This document shows positions 63,946 to 64,000 of a DNA stretch of 64,000 nucleotides, piece by piece. A program made the translations under genes and the position numbers. The notes below the pieces were generated by a model. That model saw nothing but the letters and a program-made list of their open reading frames with translations, had not been told where the DNA came from and did no database searches. The DNA is taken from assembly GCF_009914755.1 (NCBI RefSeq), contig NC_060931.1; one strand, written 5' to 3'. This DNA comes from the human T2T-CHM13v2.0 reference genome, Homo sapiens. Numbering within the stretch: the stretch's first letter is position 1; the number at the start of each line of letters is the position of its first letter.

Positions 63946-64000
63946 ACTTCATCAACTGTTCTGGGTGCATTTTTAATTTCACAAGAATTTCCTTCAACTT

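Overview
Primate (very probably human) non-coding genomic DNA. I found no supportable intact protein-coding gene, no RNA gene, no CRISPR array and no classical CpG-island promoter. Many of the longer ORFs in the track are Alu, L1 or minisatellite read-through. The left ~19 kb is an Alu-dense stack (about 23 Alu copies or fragments) on old L1 remnants. It includes a nested insertion series: L1 > MST-type LTR > 5'-truncated ACTB 3'UTR retrocopy > Alu. The right ~45 kb is Alu-poor, with MaLR/ERVL LTRs, L2/MIR, DNA transposon fossils and several homeodomain-motif-rich unique patches. Three minisatellites stand out because their units carry recognisable motifs: a 41-bp quasi-palindromic array with higher-order structure (21.6-22.3 kb), a ~1.45-kb array with about 55 same-strand ETS cores GGAAGT (48.8-50.3 kb), and a ~35-bp array of consensus 5' splice sites CAG|GTAAG (60.7-61.1 kb). 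Repeat subfamily calls and boundaries were made by eye from recalled consensus sequences and are approximate. The locus could not be identified.
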